Shown one piece after another: positions 40,384 through 52,993 of a stretch of 64,000 nt of DNA (the stretch's first letter is position 1; each line of letters begins with the position of its first letter). The stretch lies in the NCBI GenBank assembly GCA_044892525.1, contig CM097885.1:236160001-236224000 (forward strand). Direction: 5' to 3'. Below the pieces are notes generated by a model. That model saw nothing but the letters and a program-made list of their open reading frames with translations, was not told the origin of the DNA and made no database searches. The position numbers were made by a program, and so were the translations under genes. The stretch comes from Schmidtea polychroa (taxonomy: Eukaryota).

Positions 40384-41190
40384 TATATAATAAAACTCCA
40401 TCAAATTTATCATTGAATCAGTCAAATTATCACAAATTTTGATAAAAAAAATATTCTAAAGTGGTAAGCAATTATATGATAAAAATGATAAACTTTGATA
40501 AAATTAACAATATTATTCTCAGAAGGTACGAATCTTCATTAAAGCAAGGAAATTATTCATTACTCTATGATAAATTAATAATTCAAATGGGTGAAAATAA
40601 GTGGTAGAATAATTCATTAATAGATTATGGGAGGTAAATACTGAGAAGTGGCATAGATAAGATGATGGTGGATAAGAATGGATGTATATTAATTGCATTT
40701 ATTTAAAATTATTTCATAAAAATTATCACTTTAATAAAAATATTTTTAAAATAAATATTTGTGGGGAGGATATAAGTGATAATAATTAGTGGAATATCGG
40801 GGAATGTAAGTGGTTAAATAGTGGAATATCGGGGGAATATAAGTGATTAATTAATGGGAAATCAAATATCGGGGAATATAAGTGAGGAGGGTATATAATT
40901 AAAATTATGTTAATAACGAGTTATTGATAGACATTTATTCTGATAAAGTTTTTAATCCACAAATGACTATTTTATTACATAACAAGCCGTGACTATTTAT
41001 TTGTATTGAAAAAAATATGAGTGACCACCCACTGCAACAATGGCTTTTTTCTATAGGCCATTTTATTTGTATTGAAAAAAATGTGAGTAGCCCACTGCAA
41101 CAATTACGTAATCAAAAAAGCTAAAAAAACGAGATAAAGCAAAAAAAGTTGTCGCAAATCCCTCCCCTCTATTGTAAGTAAATTTTGTGA
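40384..41190 (+). repeat. Diverged dispersed relative of the 1-14158 element
   Basis: ~40410-40995 aligns with ~4700-5160 (CATTGAATCAGTCAAATTATC..AAATGGGTGAAAATAA..TATAAGTGAGGAGG..ATTACATAACAAGCCGTGACTA). It is followed by TTGTATTGAAAA repeats and AACAATTACGTAAT, as at 13.2-14.1 kb. Confidence 0.85.
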
Positions 41191-41598
41191 GAAAACATTT
41201 TCGACAATGAAAATCGAATATGAAATGGAAATAAACTGATATTTCACAATATCGTATGAAGTTCATTTTAATTTACATTTAAATAAAGTTCTAAATTATT
41301 GCTCGACAATTCTGTAAATATAAAGTTATTCAAAATTAGTTATTCATCTTTATTATGGGCTTATAAACAAACAAGGCTAAGCTGACACTTGGTAGTCTCA
41401 TGTGATTTGCGAGCCCAATATATATCACAAAAGTTACTATTAGGTATTAAAATTTTTGGATCTGGAACTTAAAAACATTGTTGATTTTGCTAATTATAAA
41501 CTTCTTTGTAATTTGATATATATGTTACTCATAACATAATTTGAAAATAAAATTTTTTTTATTTTTTTAAAGATATATTTATAATTTTCACGCCGGCG

Positions 41599-41702
<104 letters not shown>

Positions 41703-41703
41703 G

Positions 41704-41782
41704 ACTCCAAATTCTCCCCAGTGGTCATTTTCATCTGAGTTCACTTCGCAGTCATCTGTTGAATCAGTCTTGAGTCAAAAAA
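41704..41782 (+). CDS. Asx: Asx/ASXL-like protein, third (79-nt) exon
   Basis: TTAAG acceptor in phase 0, open frame TPNSPQWSFSSEFTSQSSVESVLSQK, phase-1 donor GTAAAC at 41783. It bridges the phases of the flanking exons. Confidence 0.68.
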
Positions 41783-41822
41783 GTAAACAACTTCTCATTC
41801 CTATGTATTTATATTTTGTCAG

Positions 41823-42335
41823 ACATAAAAACAGAACAAGACGATTTAAATGGAATTGAGAATTTTTTGGAAGATATGGATTCAGAAGAAATGCCACCTC
41901 CTAGACGAACATTAACAGTAGCAACAATGAGAGAAAAAATGAGAGCTAAAAAGATGGCAAAAGAAGGAAAAATAAAAGATAGTGATAAAGACAATTTGTC
42001 TGATTCTGAAAATAAGAACTTAAATCAAATGGACGATCTGGCCATTAAACATTCACATTCATCAACAATGTCAATAATGATGAGCATGCCTCGTGAAAAT
42101 CCATCTGATGAAACGGACGATGAGAATTTGCAAAGCGAATTTGACTCATTTCTAATTGATGATAATGAAATTGATGATTATCATGTGGAAATTGACGATA
42201 AGATATTAAATTATTCAGATGATTTAGATGAACTACTTTTAACGGGTGGAAATGAAAGCCTACTTGAAATTATTATGAAAGATCCTGGTGCAATGGAAAT
42301 TGATAACGAAAATTTCAATTCACTCAATAATGAAA
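41823..42335 (+). CDS. Asx: Asx/ASXL-like protein, fourth exon (acidic)
   Basis: TTTTGTCAG acceptor (phase 1) within ORF 41816-42352; donor GTAAAT at 42336, phase 1. Confidence 0.75.
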
Positions 42336-43629
42336 GTAAATTTATATTTTAATTAAAAAATTATTTCTATGTTTTCCATAAACTCCCGCATGAGGTTTAG
42401 CTAGCTTTTCGGTAACTACATGCGTCTAGTTTCTGTCGTGTTCTGTCGTGTTCTATAAAGTGTTGTCTTTGATTACCCTGTTATTTTTATGCTTTTTAGG
42501 GGTAAAATGTTCTTCAGTTTTTGAAATGAATATTGATAATAATATATTTGAAAAAAATTAAAAATTAATTCATTCAAACAAAAAAATAAAATTAAAATAT
42601 TAATGAGTTCAGTAAAGCAAATAATAATTAAAAAATAAATTAGGTTAAAATATTAATCGCATCATTATAGCAAAATTCGAAAAGCACTTCATTAAAACAA
42701 AGAATAAAAATTAATTCATTTAAACAAACAAATAAAATTTAAACAAAACATTAAATAAAAATTAATTAAAAAATATATAATAAAAATGTTAGGGATAAAA
42801 TCTTATTGAGTTTTAGAATAAATATTGATAATAATATATTTTTTAAAAAACTAAAAAAACTAAATTAAAATATTGACTTTATTTAAACAAATATTAAAAA
42901 TAAAATATTATTAAAATTAAAAATATTTTTAAACAAACAAATAAACTTTAAATATTTTTTAAAATTAAAAACCACTTAAAACAAAACATTAAATAAAAAT
43001 TAATTAAAAAATATATTATAAAAATGTTAGGGGTAAAATATTATTCAGTTTTTGAATAAATATTGATAATAATATATTTTTTAAAATACTAAAAATTAAT
43101 TCATTCAAACAAAAAAATTAAATTAAAATGTTATTGACTTTATTTAAACAAATATTAAAAATAAAATAATATTAAAATAAAAATTTATTTATTTAATCAA
43201 ACAAATAAAATTAAAATATTAATCACTTCATTGAAACAAATATTAAAAATAAAATAAAAATAATTTAAAAATACATTAATTTAATCCTTTAGATGCGAGA
43301 TGTGGATAAATTTGAATACTATTGAATATATTTTTTGTTTTTACTTTAACCCCACTTTCCCGGTGGAAAATATATTGCTAATAACATTTGAAAAATATTA
43401 ATTCATTCAAACAAATTAATAAAATTAAAATAATGAAAAAATACATTCATTTAATCCTTTCGAATCAATCCGAATCACCGTACACATCTCTCAAGTGCGA
43501 GCAGCGGATACATCCTAATACTATTGAATAGACCTTTGATTCTACTTTAACCTACCCTTCGGGGTAAATTTGTTTTTAATATATACTGAATGTATTATGT
43601 TCACTTGGTCGCTCTACACGTGTTTCAAA

Positions 43630-44280
43630 TTTGAAATTCGATTATTAAATTCAAAGAGCGATTGTTTTTCAAACACTATCTGCCATCGAATTCCAGTTCC
43701 AATTGGGGATCACGGTTTGGTCACTGTGCGAAAACAGGGTTCCTTCTAAAGTCTGACATTTATAAAGGTAAAGAAGCCGATTCTCCAGTAGAAGGTTTAG
43801 GATACAGAATTGTGAAAAAATTATTAAGTGATTATAACGGACTTGTTATAACGGACTTGTTATAACGGACTTGTTATAACGGACTTGTTGTCTTCAAAAA
43901 TAATTTTTATACTAGTGTCCAATTGTATGAAAATTTAAAAGAGGAAAAATTTGTGCGTGCGGAACTGTTCGGTACTGTTGGAAATGCTCGTTCGTTTGAA
44001 GAACAGTCATAAAACTCAACATTCAAAGAATGTATAATACACACATGTTGATAGATTTGGCCAGCTTTGTTCAACATATCCATTCGCAAGGCGGCATAAA
44101 AATAGTACTAAAAATTATAGCATCTTATGATAGAAGTTGCATTGGTAAATAGATTAATCTACTACAATAAACAAAATTCCACTAAAATTTCTCAAAGAAG
44201 ATTTCGTGACCAGGTGATTGAAGGCTTGTTAGTCAAATTTAAAAAAAATCCGGTTACGAGGAGAGGAAGAAAAGTTTATG
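43630..44280 (+). mobile_element. piggyBac transposase relic flanked by AT-rich tandem repeats (~42480-43560, ~44600-44950)
   Basis: CAKTGFLLKSDIYKGK..GLGYRIVKKLL, NNFYTSVQLYENL..CACGTVR, IEVALVNRLIYY..QRRFRDQVIEGL. Confidence 0.85.
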
Positions 44281-44949
44281 AACAAACTAAAATATTCATA
44301 TATACATATAAATAAAATTCTAATATAATTTTTTTATTTATATTTTTTCGGATAAAACCAGAATAATTGTTTCATTATTTTTAAATTAATTCCTATTAAA
44401 TGATTGTCAAAAACATTTATATTTTTTTCCATTTCCATTATTTTATCTCTTTTTACTTTTTTGAATTTAATTTTGAAGGTGAATAAAGATGCAGGAGAAA
44501 ATGATTATAAACATATAAAAACTTCTCAATTATGCCTTTAACTTTTTTACGGATAATTGACACATTTCCTGACTTTTTATGAAATATAATTCCACACAAT
44601 TTAGATTAAAATATTAATCACTTCATTAAAACAAATATTAAAAAATAAATAAAAATAAATTCATTTAAACAAACAAATAAAATTTAAAACCACTTAAAAC
44701 AATACATTAATTAAAAATTAATTAAAAAATATCTCATAAAAATTAATTCATTTAAAAAAACAAATAAGATTAAAATAATAATAAAATTGAAAAATCACTT
44801 CATTAAAACAATAAATTAAAATTAATTCATTTAACCAAAATTTTAAAAATCTTTTCATTAAATATTAAAAATATATCATAAAAAATAAATTTATTTAAAT
44901 AAACAAATTAGATTAAAATCACTTTATCAAAACAAATCACTTTTTAAAT

Positions 44950-45290
44950 ATTTAAACTTCTCAAAAAAATTAACGGGTTTTTCTAAAAATGTTCAAGCAA
45001 CCTATCCTATGAAACATACTTCAAATAATAATAATTATTGGAAACGCATAATTTGTGAGGCTTTATTGATAAAATCGTTTGTTTTTATAAATGTATTAAA
45101 TTATTGAGTTTTAAAACGTTAACATTTTTTTAGATTGTTAAAATTAAAAATTATATTAAAATAAAATATTAATAAAATATGTTTACATAATCTATAATAT
45201 CTAACGTTTTTTTTCTATTTTGCCTGATGATGCCAGGAAAACTGATGAAATATATCTTAAAGCAAATGTTTAATTGGACTTTCTTGTAAT
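44950..45290 (+). mobile_element. Penelope-like element 3' relic (GIY-YIG tail plus hammerhead-like motif)
   Basis: NNNYWKRIICEALLIKS resembles the PLE GIY-YIG C-terminus; downstream CTGATGA-TGCCAGGAAAACTGAT-GAAA-TATATC. Confidence 0.55.
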
Positions 45291-45317
45291 TAAATCATTG
45301 TCGTGTTGCGTATGAAG

Positions 45318-45467
<150 letters not shown>

Positions 45468-45957
45468 GGTCGTGATAGCATTGTTAGAAGCACCTAAATT
45501 CAAATTCTCTCAATTTCTTTTTAATATTCAAAATACTAAGGCATTTGTATTTTTTAAATTAATGCAAACATTGTCCAAAAATACTCTTAATTGATTTAAT
45601 TATAAAATATATGATGGGATGTCACTCTACGTGTCAATAGTTGCAGAAAACTATTTTAAATCTTCAAATCGGACAACATTTTAATATAATTTTGTATATT
45701 TGACCTGCTTATTTATACATTAAATACACAGCGTTGCATTTGATGAAAACTTTATTGAGTGTGTTGGCAGGATTTCTCATACAAAGTTAAATTATTATCA
45801 AGATTTTATTAAAATTTATGGAAAATTTACATTTTAAATTATTTATGTGGATATTAATGACAATTTTATTTCAAAAAAATGTAATGAAATAAATATCAAA
45901 ATTTATAAATTCAATCGGCTATAATTTATTACTTTATCAAAATATTTTTAATGTGAC

Positions 45958-46780
45958 TAGATGGACATGTCCAATCCAGACTACCCTTACTGCGGGGAAC
46001 ATATTGAGCTAAAACTTATTTTTCGCTAGTTTTTTTTATAGTCCATATTACCATGGAAACCGACAAAAATTTTATGTAGGTCACGAAAATTTCCCATATG
46101 ACTCATTTTCGAAGTAGTAATAAACACAGACCACTATAATAAATAAGTAGGTCACAGACACACTCACATACTATAAAGTTTTATTTAATAATTAAGAATG
46201 TGTGTGTCCCGTGCCTGTGACGTATTTCAATTACTTATCTAAAATTCCCTTGCCCTACATAAGAGTTTGATCGGTTGCTATGGTAATGTGACATACATAA
46301 AAATTTAACTTAATATTTTCCCTCAGCATCGATGTGATTGTCCCTATGGTACATATCTATCTACTAATATGGTGTAAATGATTTTTATAACAATAATTTA
46401 ACAACAATTTTATTGATAAGCAATTGAAACTTACAAATTTCTTAATTCGTTTTTCAAAAATGAAAATATATTTCGATTATTGGCCTTGGAAATGTTTTTT
46501 TGCGTTTTCATGCCTGTGACGTATTTCAATTAATTATCTAAAATTTCCTTGACTTACATAAAAGTTTGATCGGTTGCTATGGTAATGTGACATACATAAA
46601 AATTTAACTTAATATTTTCCCTATTATACATATCCATCTACCAATATTGGTGTAAATGATTTTTATAACAATAATTTAACAACAATTTTAATGATAAGCA
46701 ATTAAAACTCACGAATTTCTTAATTTGTTTTCATAAAATGAAAATATATTTCGATTATTGACCTTGGAAATGTTTTTTCC
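45958..46780. repeat. Degenerate long-TIR MITE (~45958-46362) with a tandem duplication of its right half (46212-46500 vs 46511-46778)
   Basis: CATATTACCATGGAAACCGA vs TCGGTTGCTATGGTAATGTG inverted match; direct duplicate starting TGCCTGTGACGTATTTCAATT. Confidence 0.7.
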
Positions 46781-47342
46781 AATTTCATTTACAAAAATGA
46801 TTTGATTAAAATTGTGTACATCTTTTGTAGCTGGTGTATTTTATCACTTGTTTGTATGTTTGATTCATTATAGATTCATTATTTTTTCAACTCTTGAATC
46901 CTATTATAAACTGCCAGATGTAACGGCTAATGGATTTTCGGTACACAGGTGGGTATATATATCTTATAATATAATTTATTGATTATTTTTTTATATTATT
47001 GGTGGTTTTTATCAAATGCAACGCGACATTAAAATTAATTTAACCTTCTTTCGTGGTTGTTATGGAAACTCGTTAGTATTTTTTCAAATTAATTAATCGC
47101 TTCCTTTAAGTAGGTCATTAGCTTCCATAACAACCATAAAATAGTTATTTTAAAACACTGAGCTCAAAAAGTTCGATTCAAGGCCAAAATAAGTGTGTCA
47201 GACATACAAAATAAATAAGTCAATTTAAGATATCTTTATGCCATGTTAATGTCTAATAAATAGATTAAATTTGAAGAATTTGAAGAAGAGACATAATTAT
47301 ACAATTACTATATTAATTATTAATTTCATTTTTTTTCTTAAG

Positions 47343-49381
47343 TTCAAATGTCTAATCAAATTTCATCAGAATCACAAAATTTAAAAGGAATTTGTCTAAC
47401 GACAGGTGTTCCTTGTACAAATATTGTTAATAATTCAAGTTGTGTTACTTCTACCTCAAATTTTGTTGAAAATGTATCTATTTCTGATTCATCAATTATT
47501 AACGCTGATAATCCAGTTTTACTTTCACAAACTCTTACATCAGTAATTCAGAAAGTTAGTAGTAATATTCAAAATTCAAAAGATGTTACTAACATAAAAG
47601 GTTCTTTACCCAATGCATATCTGGTGGATGGCAATGGATTATCTGATGCATTAAAATTAATTCAAAGTCTTAACCCTGGAGCAAAAGTAACTACACAACA
47701 ATTCTATTTAATCAACAGTGGTCCTCAGCTCATCCTTTGTCAAACACCACCCACTCAAGTTTCTTCAACTTGCCCGGTAAATTCTAAATCCCAAATAAAA
47801 TCTGCATTGAATACAACTCACATAATATCTACCACTTCATCAAATGTTACCCAGCCTAATCGAAATATTTCTTCATTTATTCCAAATACTGAAGATAAAG
47901 TTGCAAATTCACCATATATATCAAATATATCTAAGTCCATCGCATCTTCTAATCAAAATCCGATTTTGTCTTCCACAATATCTGTATTACCCCATTTTTC
48001 ACAGATGAATTCAAAATCATCTCAAAATTTATTTTCTTTAAATTCAAATTTCCAAAATAAAATCATAACACCTGTCACAAATTTTAATAGGAAATTAAAT
48101 AACAATTCATCCTCTATCACCACTACTGCAATTCCATCTGCATCGAATACTTTGCAACAATCATCAATTTTTTCCAATCAAAAGTCAATGGTAACAAATT
48201 TAAATTCAAATACTCTTGGAATTCGATTACAATTAACACAAAACTCTCAACCATTGAGCTTTATTCAGTCAGCTCAGAACTCTGTGATTCCAACAATTGT
48301 GAATCACCAACTTCAGTTCCTTACACCCCAATCTAATAATAACATATCTTTAATTACTCAGCCACAACCTATGTCGAAATTAGTTTTACTTTGTCCAAAT
48401 TTAAATTGTCAACAGATTGGATCTGATATTAATAATCCACTGAAAACAGATCCTCAGCAATTAATTTTCGTGTCTCCACAAAAAGAACAACAAACAAATC
48501 CTATTCCATTAACAGCTAATTCCGCATTTCAGGTACTTAATGGACCGAATATTTGGCAACAGATTAATCCGAATTTTGGAACAATTATTGGTTCAACTAG
48601 TAATAATAACTTGGTGCTTATGAATCCCCAAACAATAAACAATCAATCCTTATCATTTAATTATCAACCTCAATCTCAGATAATTACTGCTAATAATCTT
48701 TTAATTATGTCCTCTAACAACTTTAGCCAATCACAAAACATAAATACCAATCAAAAGTCCAATAGTAATCATAACTCGAAAATTATTAATACCTGCGTTT
48801 CAACATCTGTAAATAATAATAAGTATGATGAAGATAATCAAGCTCCTATAAAAACGCAGCCTACAACATTAACTTCATCTACAAACAATAGTCAAAACAG
48901 TTCAGTTGATTCATCATCATCATCAGCAAATTCCAAATTATCTTTTGATGATAAATCGAATAGATCTTTTTCAGAAAATATCACCGATTCAGACCGAGAA
49001 AAATCTATCAATTCCCCACTATTTCAGTTATTTAATTCTGATTTTCAAACCTCAAAAGTAGTTAAGGAGTCTAACTCTTTACAATCGACACAAATCGGTA
49101 AATTCAAGCATTTAACTGTCGACATAGATTCATTTTCCCCGAATAATTCTTTCTATCAGAATATGATTTCAAGCAAAACTGTGGAAAATTGCCATTCTAA
49201 TGATTCTCAGAATGACGATTTAAATAATATCATTCAGTCTCCACAACAGCCAGATTATGATCAATCTGATTTCGAAATACCGTGTGTATTTTCGTCAAAA
49301 TTACAAATAAAGCAAAGTAATTTAATAAATAAAAGTGATAAAAATAATACGGAAAAAATTTACGATGTCAAAGATTCTTGA
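47343..49381 (+). CDS. Asx: Asx/ASXL-like protein, terminal exon (long N/S/Q-rich low-complexity region)
   Basis: 677-aa ORF preceded by a T-rich acceptor TTCTTAAG (47342) in phase 1, matching the previous donor. The five exons total 3819 nt = 1272 aa + stop. Confidence 0.8.
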
Positions 49382-49389
49382 ATTTTAAA

Positions 49390-49392
<3 letters not shown>

Positions 49393-49454
<62 letters not shown>
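49393..49454. repeat. (TTA)n microsatellite just after the Asx-like stop codon
   Basis: Perfect run; a second run lies at ~49680-49724. Confidence 0.95.
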
Positions 49455-49455
<1 letters not shown>

Positions 49456-49679
49456 CTTAATTTTTAGTATATATAAAATAATAAGTGAAGATGTGAATTT
49501 TAAGTTTATCGAGTTGTGATATGTTATTAGTATGACGTCAACAATTTAATTGATTATTTATGTAAATTATTTTTAATATTCATTTTAACATATATGTTAA
49601 CATTTTCTTTACCTGCAAAGGTGTTATTTAGCTATTTAACAGAAACTCACAGAAAAAGTTGAAATATAATCTGTAGTTC

Positions 49680-49725
<46 letters not shown>

Positions 49726-50249
49726 TTATTATTCTTATTTTGTAAATAGAAAAAAAATTTTTCTTTTTATTATAACTTTGTATATTTATTGTGGTATTTA
49801 AGACTTTTATTTTTATTGGTTTTTATAAATCGATTTAAAAGTGATAGTTTTTATTATTGTCGATTGTTTGTCTTTGATATTGTTATTCATAATTTATTTC
49901 GACATTCGTTATATTTATTCGAAAGTAAATATGTATGTGAAGGTCGAAAGAGTTGATATTGATATTAAAATTAATATTAATATTAATATTATTATTATTG
50001 TTTGTAGTGCAATGAAAATTAATAAAAAATAGAAATGTTATAAAATCATTTAAATTGATTTATATAGTAAAGATAGAATATTTTGCAGCGTAATTAACTC
50101 TCTAGAATGGATATACTTTATTCTTTTGTTATACTGCTTCGGTAAATTGCATTTATTTTCATGTTCATTATATTCTATTGTACAAATTATAGTTTCATTT
50201 TATTTTGTATTTTGCAATAAATATTTCCATTTCTTTTTCCATTTGAATT

Positions 50250-50650
50250 TTTTTTGTGATGAAAAGAAACGAAAAAAAATCCAGCAGAAATTGGAATGTA
50301 AGTTGAATGCCATCTACAGATATTTGTATTTTTTACGGTTTTTAAAACAAATGTTGGAATTAAATAAAATTAAATAATTTTTGATATTACTAATTTAGGA
50401 AAACATTTATTAATCGAGTTTTATTTTTGGAACCATTTTTGGTTTTTGTATGTATTTAGTTCATCTGTTGGTCCGATGTATTTGTAGAACCGATTGCCTG
50501 GATTACTTGAGATATTGTTGTGTAACTCTGGAAATTATAAGCAGAAATCATAAAGCTTTCACCTCCCTATTTGAATTTATTTGTAAAAAGGAGAAATTTA
50601 GTTTGTATTCTGTATTTAAAGTCTGCTGTCCAATGATTTGATTAATTAAT
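50250..50650 (-). mobile_element. Possible PIF/Harbinger transposase relic
   Basis: GGESFMISAYNFQSYTTISQVI resembles the Harbinger HTH motif (GxSxxSLxYxFRxxxxTISxIV); very degraded. Confidence 0.3.
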
Positions 50651-52363
50651 TTATTAAGCAATAAAAGTTGCAAAGATTTTGCTATTTTAATACATAGATA
50701 TTTATTTTAACAACATTTTTTAAACAATTCACAACCATAATTCATTTTGTTGGCTCTAAATCTTGGAGTAAAGCCATAGGCAGATGAAGATATTTATCGA
50801 ATATTATATTCTAGATTTTCCCGAGTGCCTTTTTTCAAAATCCCAAGTCCTTCATGTGAATCTTATTGTATGCATTCGAATCAATGTGCTCGAAAACCAA
50901 AAATTGGTATGTGAATGAGTTCAGTAAGAAGAATGATTTAATTATTACAAAATTTCTCTATACACAATATTTCGCGTCAAAATACGATTGTCGTTGAGTA
51001 AACAAATATTATAAAAAGTATTTATTTAGTCATTTAAGTTACTTATAACAATAAGTAGATAAATTTAACAAAACAACTGAAAATAAATTGAGCGTTACAG
51101 AATCAGTGAGTGAGTGACCTGGGCCTTTATAATATAGATATAGTTGTGATGGGTGTGTGTAATTATTGGAGACGTTTCAATTAACAACATTTATAAAAAT
51201 AACAAAATGTCAATGTCAAGAGTATTCCAAAAATTTTCTACATCAAAGCTCTTTGTTGTACATTATTTGCGTACTGCTCAGTTTGGTTTATTATTAAATT
51301 GTATCGGGATGGTTGGGTGAATGTTATGTATAAGATACAATTATTTTTATTTATTACAATAGGTTATCAAAACTAAAAATTATAACTTTCAAACGTTACA
51401 AAGTTTATTATATATGAAAACAAAAATATTACCATTAATGTTTATTAAAATGTTTATGAAAAAAATTTCTGGGTTTCTTCTCTTTGAATATTTTCCACTC
51501 TTTCAGAATTCTAGCCTTTCTTTTCTTTTGTTATTTTCATTTAATTTCCAGCTTTGAATTGCCATTGATTGTTTTTATTTAATTTCCCATCTTGCATTTA
51601 TAATAAGTCGGTTGGGGAATTGATTTTTTAATAATTTGTCATTAATAATAAAATTAACAAAAATAATCATAATAACGGCAACATTTACGCAACACCACAA
51701 CAAACACAATAATAATACATGCACAACTTTATATAACTTACCTCTTAATAATCTGAGGTTAACATGGTTAACGTTAAAAACGAATTTTCTTTAAATTACA
51801 AATTTAATAAATCCATAAACAAGAATTAAAAATTCAAATATAACAAAACTAGATAAGCAGAATATATAATCGGAGAGTATATCAAGTACATGTTAGAAAG
51901 CCATTCGTTGGATTCTCATAAAAGAAGAAAATATACAATTTTAGAAGCTTCCAAATACCGGTATCACATATACTGTAAATAATAGTCCAATCACCACCCA
52001 CTGACAATATTACGAAATACCGTGTTTATCCTAAATTAAGCCCCGGGCTTAAATATATATTTTTTTAAAAAATTTGGCAAAAATACTCTAGGCTTAATTT
52101 CGAGAGGTTTTCTATTTTTTGGAATAAAAATAAACTTTTAAAAATTATTCAAATATTCAAAATAAAAATTTAATCAATTAAAATGTTTTTATTCTAGTAC
52201 AAACACAGTGGCGTAACTAGTGGACGCAGGATCCTGCGTTGCGGGGGCCCACCAAATATAGGGGGCCCAAAATTATTACTAAAAATATATTTACAATCAT
52301 TTTCTGAAACTTTATCATTTATCCAGAAGATACATAATATTACATGTGTTGTATACATTATAT

Positions 52364-52715
52364 CAGTGGTTCTCAACACGTGTTCAGCGGAACATCAGTG
52401 TTCCGAGAAAAAAAAATGATATTTTATCTTTAAATTTGCATTTAAGATACATATCATCAAAAACCTCAATTAATGTTTTTGTAAGATGATTCGATAAGAA
52501 AGCCGTTACACAAATATAAAAGTGTTTTTATTGCTTGTTATTGTTGCGCGTGATATTTTCTTTGCTTATAAGAAGGCATTGTTTGCGTTTAGGACAGATT
52601 TATAGTAATTTGTGATTGGTCACTCATTGTGGGCAAGTATTTTTTTGTCAGTGTTCCGCGTAAAAAAATTCATGTGAATGGTGTTCCGAGCTTTTATATT
52701 AATTGAGAACCACTG
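52364..52715. mobile_element. hAT Charlie/Buster-like MITE
   Basis: TIRs CAGTGGTTCTCAA / TTGAGAACCACTG; perfect TSD CATTATAT. Confidence 0.92.
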
Positions 52716-52993
52716 CATTATATTGTCTAGTCATGAATGTGTAATTGTTAAATATTCATAAGACAATAAAAAACTAATTATTTGTCCTAAACCTAACTAA
52801 TTTATTGAAAGAGCTTTAAAATATTTTAAAATTATTCCTGAGTGAAAATTATTTAATTAATTAATATTCTAAAGCATTTTTTTTGAAACAAAAAATATAA
52901 TTACTTATTGCTCAAAAAGCAAAACAAAATTTTTATTCAATTACAATCTTTCATAATTAAAATCAAATGAAAACATTCAATTTATAAATAAAT

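Noticed and set aside
41816..42352. Acidic N-terminus of the neighbouring piggyBac transposase
   Set aside because: Splice phases link it cleanly to the Asx-like exons on both sides, so a host exon is the simpler reading.
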